Assembly: GCF_902713615.1 (NCBI RefSeq)
Contig: NC_052146.1
Span: forward strand, 143,075,875 to 143,139,874
Direction of reading: 5' to 3'
DNA: 64,000 bases
DNA from: Scyliorhinus canicula
Lineage: Eukaryota
Below, piece by piece: positions 12,511 through 25,082 of the stretch; the first letter of the stretch is position 1; every line of letters starts with the position of its first letter. The position numbers and the translations under genes are program-made. Under the pieces are notes generated by a model, which saw nothing but the letters and a program-made list of their open reading frames with translations, ran no database searches and had not been told where the DNA came from.

Positions 12511-13817
12511 ACCTACCTCAGTTGCTTTATTCGCTCTTATTTGAATGTGCTTACCATTTTTATGAGCCCATGGCAGAACACCAAATGATACATTCACCAA
12601 TGCCCTCATGAAATGCGGACCTGCTCCACATTTCCTTCTGAAGAGGTCACCACCTGGTGATGGCCCAATGGTGCAGAAATGAGCGCTTCAGCCAAAGCAA
12701 AAACTCACCTTTCATTTGACACATTGAGCCAAACATTTGACATGACCATCAGCATGTGAGATCCAATTGCAACCAGATTGTTTTATGTAAAGGCTTGTGG
12801 GTGTTCCTGTGCATATTATTTTCCTCCTGCGTTGGTTAATTTAGTGAGGAAAAGGAAAGTTGAATGACATTTTCATATTTGAATTTTTGTGTAGGAATCT
12901 ATCTGGTGTCAAAGTAACATCTGTACAGTGACGATGCCTGACTAAGGCTATCTCCCATTAAGCATGTCGTGGGAATTTTATATTTGCTTTTCACCATCAG
13001 GAAGATGTTGTATTTAACAGCATTGTCATGTTCTGCCAAGAAAACACAATGAAGTAGAGCATGGAATGAATATCTTTTCAGCTATGTTCTTCTGTTGACT
13101 TTAGTGTGACATCCTGATATTATATTTTAATTCCTTCGTACCCATGCAACTTCCCTTTATGGTCAAATAGCACCTATTCTCCACATTGGTCAGTGTAACC
13201 CATGTTAGGCTCAGTAGTGTAGAGTTGATAATTACAATATCTATATTTACGGTGAGAAATAATTCCCCTTTTCAAAGAAAATAATATTATGTGGTTATGG
13301 CAACAACTTTTGACCAGACAATAGTAGGGGAAAGCTATTTTTCAAGAAGACTTGGGAAAATAAGGTAGACTTTTGGAATTAAACCAGCACCAACTTGATC
13401 ATTACCACCTTACAAATATCTGTCTCCTTGTGTGGTTTTTATAGTGCCAGCTTACTATCTCAACTTCTATACCTCCGTTGGCAAATTTCACTGAGATTAC
13501 ATAAACAGCTCACTTACGCAGTAGTTTGGGTTGGCATTGATCCATTTTACTATCTTGGAAATGGAAAAATAGATTAACCTGAACAATATTAAGAAAGATA
13601 AATGATGAGACAAAATATTATCCCCCACGTCAGTCAGTCATTCTAATCACACAAAAACCACACTGCACTCTCACATGATACAATGGCATATACACACCAG
13701 CTCCATTTAGCTGAATGGATGTGTAAAATGCTAACTAAGTAAACCAATTATTACATACAGAACATAGGAAGTTGTAAACTGCACGAAAGCTGCCACAGCC
13801 ACTTTGAAATGCGATGC

Positions 13818-14283
13818 AGGACATGATCGAACGGCCACGTTGCGCCCGAAAAGCTGCGCACAGTGGTGCAACGTGGCCCATAGACGCTGGGAGACCCTGC
13901 TCCCGGGATCTACACAGCACAAAATGCCTCAGGAGATCTAACATGATCTTACGAGACGTTGCAATGTAAATCCCGCCCATTGAGGACGGGTCACTTTTTG
14001 GCAAATCTGCAAGATGCAGTTTTCCCGAGACACGCAAGGCGCTGGGATCTATCCTGATCGCGTCGGAGATATCGGGTGAGCGACGTTCAATCCCGATCTC
14101 CACAAATGGGGACCAGATGGAACATGCAGAAAATGGGGCTATGTGTGGCTTCTGCTGCACGTTCCCCGCTGAGGCCCCCTAAATGATCCAAGTGACGTTT
14201 ATTAATGTTGCATTTCTTGGCACTGTGAGCATCAGGAAACACAGGGCCAAACATGCCCGCTATGAGACCTTGTTCCTAGTTAT
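13818..14283 (+). mobile_element. Internally deleted, older copy of the DNA element at 44013-44914
   Basis: Both ends align by eye with that element (GGCCACGTTGCGCCCGAAA...GTAAATCCCGCCCATTG...; ...TTCCCCGCTGAGGC...CTTGTTCCTAGTTA). Confidence 0.65.
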
Positions 14284-15841
14284 CTCATAATCTCATTTCA
14301 CAGAAGTAGCAAATCATCTTTGACCCTTTTAACCCTTATTTGGAACAATATTTATTTTCATAATTTCCATTTATAACCACCTCTCCCACTCCATCCTTGG
14401 TTTTAGTTTGTATAATTTTCACTTGGAATACATTGAAGTTTATAATTCTATTTTTAGCATTATACATTCATCCATTTGTGCTAGACACCAACATGCCTTC
14501 TACAAATCACAACCTGTCTCATCCATATAGATGGATGACATCACTGCCAGGTCCAATATTACAGGCTACGGTCATAAATTCCATCAAAATTAACCCATAT
14601 TATTTGCTTAAATTCCCTTGGGTACACTTTGTAAGCGTTTTCATGCATTCTAAAATATTGATGATCAAGAAACTAAGGAGAGATTTATATTTATGAAGAG
14701 AATGACAAGTTACTGTTTCAGGCATTACCCTTGATCCGAAGCAAGTCCAACTTTCTGATTTATTTCCAGCATTTCCATTTTTTTGTTTTCCTGTGGTATT
14801 TTGACTTTTGTCAAGGTTTACATTTAACTTCCCTGACTTCAACATCACTACTGTCAGGATAATAGTTCAGGAAACAGTTTTTCTTCATTTTCCTCCAGGC
14901 AAATTGACCATATTTCTTCCAATTCAATCCTTTGAAAAGATCCTCAAAATCCATTAACAAGTATTTGTTTTTCATAATTCCCCATTTCTGGGTGAGAGAA
15001 TGAAATAGCACCCATGGCAATAAATGTTGCCCATTACTGTCTTCTGATGGTTTCCTCCACATCTATTTTTCCGTTATCATGAACATTCAGAACAAAATTA
15101 ATCCTTATTAGTTTCAGATAGGAACGTGCAAAGAATAAAACAAATAGCGATTTTTCTTTCGATATAATTTTCTCACTGATTCTTCATATTGCCCCATACC
15201 ATGTAGCTTCCTGTTGAGGTGGGAGATAAGCTTTTTAAACCAGCCCTCAAGCAATGGTATCCCTTAATTGGTCCATGATAAAAGCCAAAATGACATACAA
15301 TATAGGTTTTCTTCCTCTCAACCGCTCAAAAAGTTTGCAACCAACTTTCAGCTGCAGCCTGCCTTGTCCTTCCCTCAACCATTCACCCCCAACAGCATCC
15401 GATGGCACAAAGACTCGCCTGATGTAGGAAATTCAAGAGTCGCTGCCACATTCTAGCACCCATGTTAAAGGACACTGGTGCAGCAAAATTTTGTTCCTTT
15501 CAGGCTTCACTATCAGAGGCAGTTTCAGTAATCAGGGGGGTAGATTTGTATTCTTTCATGGGGTGTGGGCATGACTGATTAGTTCAGCATTCACTATCCA
15601 TCACTAATTTGCCGAAAGAAGGTGGTGCTGAGCTATGATCTTGAACCGCTGCAGTTCATATGGTATAGGTCAATCGCAGTACGGCTTGGAAGGGAATTCC
15701 TTGATCTTGACCCAGCAACAATGAAGGGATGGCAATACAGTTCCAAGTCGGAATGGTGCCTATTTCAGAGGGGAACGTGCAGGTGGTGCTGTTCCCATGC
15801 ATCTGCTGCCCTTCTAAGTGGTAGAGATCACAGGTTTGGAA

Positions 15842-16050
15842 TGATATGGAGATGCTGGCGTTGGACTGGGGTGGGCACAGTAAGAAGTCTTACAATACCA
15901 GGTTAAAGTCCAACAGGGTTGTTTTGAATCACTAGCTTTTGGAGCGCAGCCCCTTAATCAGGTGACTCACCTGATGAAGGAGCTGCGCTCCAAAAGCTAG
16001 TGATTCGAAACAAACATGTTGGACTTTAATCTGGTGTTATATGACTTACC
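15842..16050. mobile_element. Palindromic Penelope-type mini-element with two hammerhead-like motifs in inverted orientation; 9-bp TSD GGTTTGGAA
   Basis: 15885-15965 is an imperfect reverse complement of 15967-16047 (1-nt centre at 15966); TCAC-CTGATGA-AGGAGC-TGC-GCTCC-AAAA-GC-TA-GTGA; TSD at 15833-15841 and 16051-16059. Confidence 0.85.
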
Positions 16051-16273
16051 GGTTTGGAAGGTATTGTTGATGAAGCCTTGGTGAGTTGCTGCAGTGTATC
16101 TTGTAGATGTTAGACATTGCTGCCACTGTGTGTCGGTGGTGGAGTGAGTAAATGTTTAAGGTGGTATGTTGGGTGTCAATCAAGTGGGCTGCTTAGTCCT
16201 CGATGGAGTCGAGCTCATTCTTGTTGGAGCTGCACTCATCCAGACAAGTGGAGAGTTTTCTATCGCACTCCTC

Positions 16274-16844
16274 GGGCGAAATTCTCCGACCCCTCCGCGC
16301 TGATTGGCAGGCCCCCCGCGCCGATCGGCATGCCCCCTACAACGATTCTCCGGCCCGCGATGGGCCGAAGTCCCGCCACTGAGAGGCCAATCCCGCCGAC
16401 GTGGTTTCAACCACCTCTGGTGGCGGCTGGATTGGCGGCGCGAGTGGGCCCCAGGGTCCTGGGGGGCGATCAAACCCTGGGGGGTGCCCCCACGGTGGCC
16501 TGGCCCGCGATCGGGGCCCACCGATCGGCGGGCGGGCCAGTGCCGCGGGGGCACTCTTTTTCTTCCGCCGCCGCCACGGCCTCCACCATGGGCGCTGATG
16601 CACCGGCGCATGCGTGAACCGGCGAAGGCCTTTCGTCCAGCCCCGACGCCGTGCGGCGGAACGTCAAAAGCCGTTGGCGCCAGTTTTGGCGCCAGTCAGT
16701 GTGGCGCCAACCACTCCGGCGCGGGCCTAGCCCCTAAAGGTGCGGAGAATTCCGCACCTTTGGGGAGGCCCAACGCCAGAGTGGTTGGCGCCACTGCGCT
16801 ACGTCAGGACCCCCCGCCCTGCCGGGTAGGGGAGAATCCCGGCC
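16274..16844. mobile_element. GC-rich Harbinger-type MITE
   Basis: TIRs GGGCGAAATTCTCC...GGAGAATCCCGGCC; flanks CTC/CTG; removing it restores the host LINE. Confidence 0.85.
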
Positions 16845-17160
16845 CTGATCTGTGCCGTGTAGGTGGTGGACAGACGTTTGGGAGTCATATGAGTTACGCA
16901 TTGCAAGAACCTCATCTGGTGTTATACGACTTACCGGTTTGGAAGGTAACTTCTCTAGTAGAGAACGTAACTTCTCTTGTAGCCACAATATTTATATGGC
17001 TGGTCCAGTTCAGCTTCTCATCAATTGGAACTCCCAGGATGTTGATAGTGAGGAATTCAGCGATGTTAACGCCATTGAACATCAAGGGCAGATGGTTTGA
17101 TTTTCACTTGTTGGAGATGATTACTGCCTGGTACTAGTGTGGCACACGCATTACCTGGCA

Positions 17161-17762
17161 CTGGTTTTTTGGCGGGAATCGCGCCGTGTTGGTCAGGGGC
17201 CGTTGGCAGCAGCCCCCCTCCTGGCTATTCCCCGCTCCGTGATGGGCCGGGCGGCTGCCCATTTTCGGCCAGTCCCGCCGGCATAAATTACACAAGGTTT
17301 GTACCGGCAGGACCTGGCTCTGCGGGCGGCCTGCGGAGTCCTTGGGGGAGTGCGGGGGGGGGGGGGGGGTTTTGGCCCCAGGGGGCCCCCCAAGGTGGCC
17401 TGACCCGCAGTCGGGACCCACCAATCTGCGGGCGGACCTATGCCGTGGGGGCACTCTTTCCCTCCGCACCAGCCGCTGTAAAGCTCCGCCATGGCCGGTG
17501 CAGAGAAGAAACCCACTACGCATGCGCAGGAATCACGGCAGCGGTTCTGGGAACACGCTGGCGCTCCTGCGCATGCACCAACACGCGCCGGCCGGCATAG
17601 GCCCTTCGGCGGCAGTTGGTGCGGCACCAATCACTCCAGCGTCGGCCTAACCCCCGAAGGTGCAGAGGATTCTGCACCTTCCGGGCGGCCCGACGCTGAG
17701 TGGTTCATGCCACTCTTTGGCGTTGGTATGTCCCGCCCGCTGGTTTCTGCAGAATCCCGCCC
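17161..17762. mobile_element. GC-rich Harbinger-type MITE, left end truncated
   Basis: Right TIR GCAGAATCCCGCCC; interior homologous to 31651-32357. Confidence 0.8.
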
Positions 17763-17836
17763 ATTGTTCTAATTGTTGTATATTTTGTTAATTGTTACAA
17801 CAAACCATAATAGTTGACTGTAAAGAAAGTAACTTA

Positions 17837-18142
<306 letters not shown>

Positions 18143-18867
18143 TTACGGAAGGAGAAAATTGTTAGGCTGAAAAACAGCTGAAGTAAAGCAAGCAAATGAC
18201 CAAACTATTGTTGCAAATGACAGGTACACAATAAGGAAATGGGGGATACGTGCAGGTTGGGAAGCTCATGTCTTGATTCAAACTGTACAAACCAAAGTAC
18301 TTCAGAAATGAAAGACTAAACAAAGAATTCGCTGATTTTCAAAAGTGGTATTTCACAAATTATTTGTTTTATTTTAGGAACTAAGTGCTCCAGCATGCTC
18401 TGGCATTTCACTTCTGTAATCTGTGTTCAGGCTTAGGCCGACATATAAATGTCTCTTTTCTTCCTGAAAGAGTGCCACATGAATGCAGCTTCAGTGGTTT
18501 TTACCAATTCTTACTGGATAAAGGCATTGTGCTACACAATTCAGTGCAAATGAGCAATATCCCACTCATTAGAATGGTCGTTGCAACTGGAATTAGAGAA
18601 GGGTGAGGGCAACTCACTGGTGTAATAAAGGATGTTCTTCTGAGCTTGAGTCTGCAAATTATTTACCAAACAGGATAGAGAAAGCTATACACTACTGGTG
18701 GGTGCCGTAAGACACTGGGCAGAAGTAGGCCATTCAGACCATCACGTCTGCTCTGCCAATCATGGTATACGCATTTACTTGTGTAAAAATGAACCATGGA
18801 CATTCACTGGTACTTGGGGAACTAATGATCAAAAGTGAGTTTGGAACCGATAAAGTGTACTGAAATC

Positions 18868-19694
<827 letters not shown>

Positions 19695-19802
19695 TCATCA
19701 GCTCTTAGGTACAACTGGGTTTGGGAATTACGAACACATACAACAAAGTTGAAAGTCATGAGGAAATCACACCAATATCTGTTTCCTCAAAAAACACAGG
19801 GA

Positions 19803-20020
19803 TGGCAGCACGGCGGCGCAGTGATTAGCATTGCTGCCTCACAGCGCCAAGGTCCCAGGTTCCAACCCGGCTCTGGGTCACTGTCCGTGTGGAGTTTGCA
19901 CATTCTCCCTGTGTTTGCGTGGGTTTCGCCCCCACAACCTAAAGATGTGGAGGTAGGTGAATTGGCCATGCTAAATTGCCCCTTAATTGGAAAATTGGGT
20001 ACTCTAAATATTAAAAAAAA
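19803..20020 (+). mobile_element. Short A-tailed HE1-type SINE with a ~13-bp TSD
   Basis: GGCAGCACGGCGGCGCAGTG...AATTGGGTACTCTAAATATTAAAAAAAA; AAAAAACACAGGG repeated on both sides. Confidence 0.88.
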
Positions 20021-20086
20021 ACACAGGGGGTTAACTTATTCTATTTTTGATCAGTGTATACGGTCATAACTATTATGGTGGACAGT

Positions 20087-20389
20087 GGGCAGCACGGTAG
20101 CACAGTGGGTAGCACTGTGGCTTCACAGCGCTAGGCTCCCAGATTAGAACCTTGGCTTGGGTCACTGTCTGTGCGGTGTCTGCACGTTCTCCCTGTGTGT
20201 GCATAGGTTTCCTCTGGGTGCTCCGGTTTCCTCCCACAAGTCCAGAAAGATCTGCTGTTAGGTAATTTGGGCATGCTGAATTTTCCCTCTGTGTACCTGA
20301 ACAGGCACCGGAACTAGGGGCTTTCCACAGTAACATAATTGCAGTGTTAATTGTGACACATTGTTACTTGTGACAATAAAGATTATTAT
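20087..20389 (+). mobile_element. V-SINE with the alternative (GAACAGG...CTAGGGGCTTT...GTGACAATAAAGATTATT) tail
   Basis: HE1-like head and core joined to the tail also seen at 6592-6760. Confidence 0.85.
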
Positions 20390-20642
20390 GAAAAAAAATC
20401 GTTGATGAACAATCATTTTTGGCCACCGTGGTTAACGATCGATTTTTATAATTTTACCAACTGCGGGAAAATTAATTGGAAATAAACTGACAGCAGCCAT
20501 CATAATGAAAATTCCACTTTCAAAGCAGAATTAGAAGATAACCTGGAGCCTGAGATATATCAAACGCATGTATATATCCAAGATATATTCATAGTGTTTC
20601 TGTTACCTGAAAGTGCAACTTAGATACTGTTTGATAACTACG

Positions 20643-21315
20643 GGGAGGGATTCTCCGACCCCCCCGCCGGGTTGGAGAATCCCCGGGGAGGGGCGGCGCG
20701 AATCACGCCCCGCCACCCCGACACCGGTTACGGTATTCGCCAGCGCCGGTTTTCGGGCGGGTGCGGGGTTCACGCCACGCCTGTCGTGGGCCGTTGGCAG
20801 CAGCCCCCCCCCCCCCGGCAATTCTCCGGGCCCCGATGGGCTGAGCGGCTGTCTATTTTTGGCCAGTCCCACTGGCGTGGGTGACGTATGGTCCCACATG
20901 GCAGGAACTGGCAGGTACGTCAGCGGGGACGGTTCTCGGGGGAGGAGTGGGGGGATCCAACCCCAGGGAGGGCCCCATGGTGGTCTGGCCCACGATCGGG
21001 GCCCACCGAACTGCGGGCGTGCCTGTGCCGTAGGGGCATTCCTTTCTTCCGCGCCGGCCCCTGTAGGGCTCCGCCATGGCCGACGCGGAGAAGAGAACAC
21101 CCCGCGCATGCGGCAAAATATGCTGGCCGGTCTGCGCATGCACGGAACCACACCGGGGATTCTGCGCATGCGCGAGATTATGCCATCCCTTCGGCACCAG
21201 CTCGAGCGGCGTCAACCCTTCCGGCGTCCACCTAGACCCGAAAGTGCTGAGAATTCTGCGCCGGTTCTCCTGCCGGCGTGGGGACTTAGTCCCCAGAAGG
21301 GAGAATCCCGCTGCA
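20643..21315. mobile_element. GC-rich Harbinger-type MITE
   Basis: TIRs GGGAGGGATTCTCC...GGAGAATCCCGC; several TGCGCATGC palindromes inside. Confidence 0.85.
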
Positions 21316-21349
21316 CATCTCTGAGCAGGTACAAAGCAGCCTAGAACGG

Positions 21350-21753
21350 TGTCATGATATACACAACAGTATATGATGGAGCAGAGACACACACTGACTG
21401 ACACACTGCAAGACCAATCAACACACACAACACAGCAGCCAATCACCAGTTAGGGCACAGTCACTATAAAGCCAGAGGACACTAGTTTTCCCGTTCATTC
21501 GGGATGCAGCCTCTGAGACAGACAGAGCCCGCAGTCAGTAGCACTAACATCCACCATGTGTTAGCAGTATAGGCTGGTCAGGTTAGGCATAGGTCTTCAG
21601 TCAACCTAACATAGTGTCGACCCACAGTGCAAATATGTTTAACAGCTCTTAGTTAAATAAAATCGAGTTGTACTATTACAAGTGTTGGTAGCCTGTCTAT
21701 GTTACTGCTAAGGTAAACGCAGTCTCCACAGATCCAGAGTACCCAACACATCA
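21350..21753 (+). mobile_element. Solo LTR (404 bp) with 5-bp TSD AACGG
   Basis: TGTCATG...AACACATCA; AACGG at 21345-21349 and 21754-21758; two CCAAT boxes, CTATAAAG at ~21464, AATAAA at ~21657. Confidence 0.88.
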
Positions 21754-23707
21754 AACGGGAGGGAAATCAGACAGAAATTATTGTCCACAGTGGCACGAAT
21801 GACATAGGTAGAAAGAGTAGCAAGGTCCTGCAATGGCAATTTAGGTGGAAGATTAAAAAGCAGGACCTCTAGGTTAGTAATCTCAGGATTACCCCCCATG
21901 CCACGTGCTAGCAAGGCTAGCAACAGGGACATAGTGCAGTTGAACACGTGGCTAAAGAACTGGTGCAGGAGCGAGGGCTTCAGTTTTTTGGATCACTGAG
22001 GTGTCATCCAGGGAGGGTGGGGCCTGTACAAGAAGGACGGTTTACACCTGAACTGGAGTGGCACCAATATCCTGTCTGGGAGGTTTGCTAGCATGGTTCA
22101 GATGGGTTTAAACTAATGTTGCAGGGGGGTAGGAATCAGAACAGTAAGTCAGCAAGTGTAGAGACTGGGGATGAGCATGGCACCAGGGTCAGGCTGGTTC
22201 AGAGGAAGGGCAGGCTGGGGGAGGCCGAATTCAGTGGGTCTGGAGGTCTAGAGTACATCTGCTTCAATGCATGGAGTATAAAAGGTAAGACAGATGAACT
22301 TAAAGCCTTGATTCATGTGCGGAACTTGGACGTGGTTGCTGTAATGGTGACTTGGTTAAAAAAGGGACAGGACTGGCAGTTAAATATTCCAGGATATAGA
22401 TGTTTAGGCGAGACAGGGAGGAAGGTAAAAGAGGTGGGCGAGTTGCAATACTGGTAACAGAACATATTACAGCTGCACAGAGTGAGGACACCATGGAAGA
22501 ATCAAGTAATGAGGCACTGTGGATAGAACTCAAAAACAAGAAGAGGGTGTCACTATGGTGGGGGAGTACTACAGGCCTCTCAACAGCCCATGGGAAGTTG
22601 AACAGATATGTAAGCAGATTCTGGATAGATGTAGCAATACATTGTTGTAGTGGGGGATTTTAATTTTCCTCATATTGACTGGAAATCCCTTAGGGCTAGG
22701 GGTCTGGATGGTGAGGAATTCATTATGTGTGTCCAAGAATGTTTTTTGGAAAAATATGTGGATAGTCCGACTAGAGAGGGGGCTATACTGGATCTAGTAC
22801 TAGGGAACGATCCCTGCCAGGTATTCAAAGTTACAGTGACGGAGCATGTGGCGAACTGGAACCACAATTTTGCAAGATTTCAGGTACTCCTGGAAAAGGA
22901 AAATGTTGTCCTCGGGTTAAGGTGCTAAATTGGGGGAAGGCTAACTACAACCACATTAGGCAAAATTTGGAGGCTGTTGTTTGTGAGAGGCTGGTAGTGG
23001 GTAAATCCACATTTGGCAAGTAGGAGTCTTTTAAGGAGCAGTTGATGGGAGTGTAGGACAGGCTTGTGCCAGTAAAAAGGAAAGAAAGGAAAGGCAGGAT
23101 TCAGGAACTGTGGATGACCAGGGAAATTGTGAGTCTAGTCAAAAAGAAAAAGGATACATACGTGAGGTCTAGGCAACTAAAAACAGATGAAGCACTTGAA
23201 GAATACAAGGAAGGTAGAAATGAGCTCAAGCAGGGAGCTACAAGGGCAAAAAGGGGTCACAAAATATCCTAGGCAGACAGGATTAAGGAGAATTCCAAGG
23301 CATTGTACACGTATATTTGGAACAAGAGGGTAGCTAGAGAGTTGGTCCACTCTCGGACAACGGAGGGAAATTATGTGTCGAACCGAAGGAAGTAGGTGAG
23401 ACCCTCAGTGAATATTTTGCATCGGTATTCACAAAGGAGAGGGACGTGTTGCTTGGGGGTGTCTCAGACAGATGTGTAAACAGTTTAGAACAGGTCGTTA
23501 TTATGAGGAAGTGTCAGGTGTGTTAAAAAGCATTAAGATAGACAAATCTCCAGCGCCAGATGGCATCTATCCCAGATTACGGAGGGAGACAAGAGATGAA
23601 ATCGCTGGACCTCCAACAGAGACCTTTGTGTCTTGGTGGGCCACAGGGGAAATCCCAGCAGATTGGAGAACAGCCAATGTTGTACCATTGTTTAAGAATA
23701 GATTATT

Positions 23708-24037
23708 TGGGCATCACGGTAGCATAGTGGTTAGCACAGTTGCTTCACAGCTCCAGGGTCCCAGGTTCCATTCCCGACTTGGGTTACTGTGCGGAGTCTA
23801 CACGTTCTCCCCGTGTGCGTGGGTTTCCTCCGGGTGCTCAGGTTTCCTCCCACAGTCCAAAGATGTGCGGGTTAGGTGGATTGGCCATGCTAAATTCCCC
23901 TTAGTGTCCAAAACGTTTAAATGGGGTTACTGGGTTACGGGGATAGGGTGCAGGTGCGGGCTTGGGTGGGGTGCTCTTTCCAAGGGCCAGTGCAGACCCG
24001 ATGGGCCGAATGGCCTCCTTCAGCACTGTAAATTCTG
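23708..24037 (+). mobile_element. HE1-type V-SINE inserted in CR1
   Basis: GGGCATCACGGTAGCATAGTGG...GGGCCGAATGGCCTCCTTCAGCACTGT. Confidence 0.88.
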
Positions 24038-24914
24038 TAAGGGTTGCATTTGACATCAGTGATAGTGAAATTTTGAAAAAGATTCTCAGGGATAGGATCT
24101 ATGTGCATTTGGAAGTGAATGGTCTTATTAGCGACAGGCAGCATGGTTTGGTACAAGGGCGGTCATGTCTCACTAATTTAATTGAGTTTTTGAGGAGGTG
24201 ACAATAATGATTGACGAGGGAAGGGCTGAGGATGTTATCTGCATGTACTTTTAGTAAAGCATTTGATGAGGTCCCTCATGGCAGACTGGTGCAAAAGATT
24301 AAATTACATAGGGTCAGGGGTGAACTAGCTGGATGGATTCAGAACTGGCTTGGCCATAGACGACAGAGGGTAGCAGTGGAAGGGTGTTTTTCCGAATGGA
24401 GGTTTATAACTGGCGTTGTTCTGCATGGATCGGAACTGGGACCTCTGCTGTTTGTAATATATATAAATGACTTGGAAGAAAATGTAGCTGATCTGATTAG
24501 CAAGTTTGCAGATGATACTAAGATTGCAGGGGTTGCGGATAGTGACGAAGATTGTCAGAGAATACAACAGGATATAGATAGGCTACAAAATTGGGCGGAG
24601 AAATGGCAGATGGAATTTAACCCGGACAAATGCGAGATGGTGCACTTTGATAGATCCAATTCAGGTGGGAGCAATAAAATAAATGGCAGAACCATCAGGA
24701 GCATAAAGGCACAGAGAGATCTGGGCGCGCAGGTCCTCAGATCCTTAAAAGTGGCAGCATAGGTGGAAATGGAGGTAAAGAAAGCATATGGCATGCTTAC
24801 CTTCATAGAACGGGGTATTGAGTTTCAAAGCTCGTAAATTATGTTACAGTTATATAGAATGTTGGTTAGGCGACATTTGGAACATTGTGTCCAATTCTGG
24901 TCTACCAGAAGGAC

Positions 24915-25082
24915 ATGAAATGAAATTAAAATGAAAATCGCTTATTGTCACGAGTAGGCTTCAATGAAGTTACTGTGAAAAGCCCCTAGTCGCCACATTC
25001 CGGCGCCTGTCCGGGGAGGCTGGTCCGGGAATCAGACCGTGCTGCTGGCCTGCTTGGTCTGCTTTAAAAGCCAGCGATTTAG
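24915..25082 (-). mobile_element. Short tRNA-derived SINE (second head type) with (TTTCA)n tail, inserted in CR1
   Basis: Homologous to 58156-58334 and 36548-36735. Confidence 0.8.

Larger units (their letters stand above)
15548..17160 (-). mobile_element. Decayed LINE 3' region (CR1/L2-like) hosting later insertions
   Basis: Its tail (minus strand ...GCCCACACCCCATGAAAGAAT) is shared with the SINE at 46455-46827; interrupted by the palindromic element and a MITE. Confidence 0.65.

Noticed and set aside
16117-17772. Many long overlapping ORFs (up to 277 aa) in GC-rich blocks; also at 6.7-7.4, 20.6-21.4, 31.6-32.3, 40.3-41.1, 52.4-53.4 and 56.0-56.8 kb
   Set aside because: They coincide with GC-rich MITEs, are open in several frames on both strands because stop codons are scarce, and show no domain motifs.
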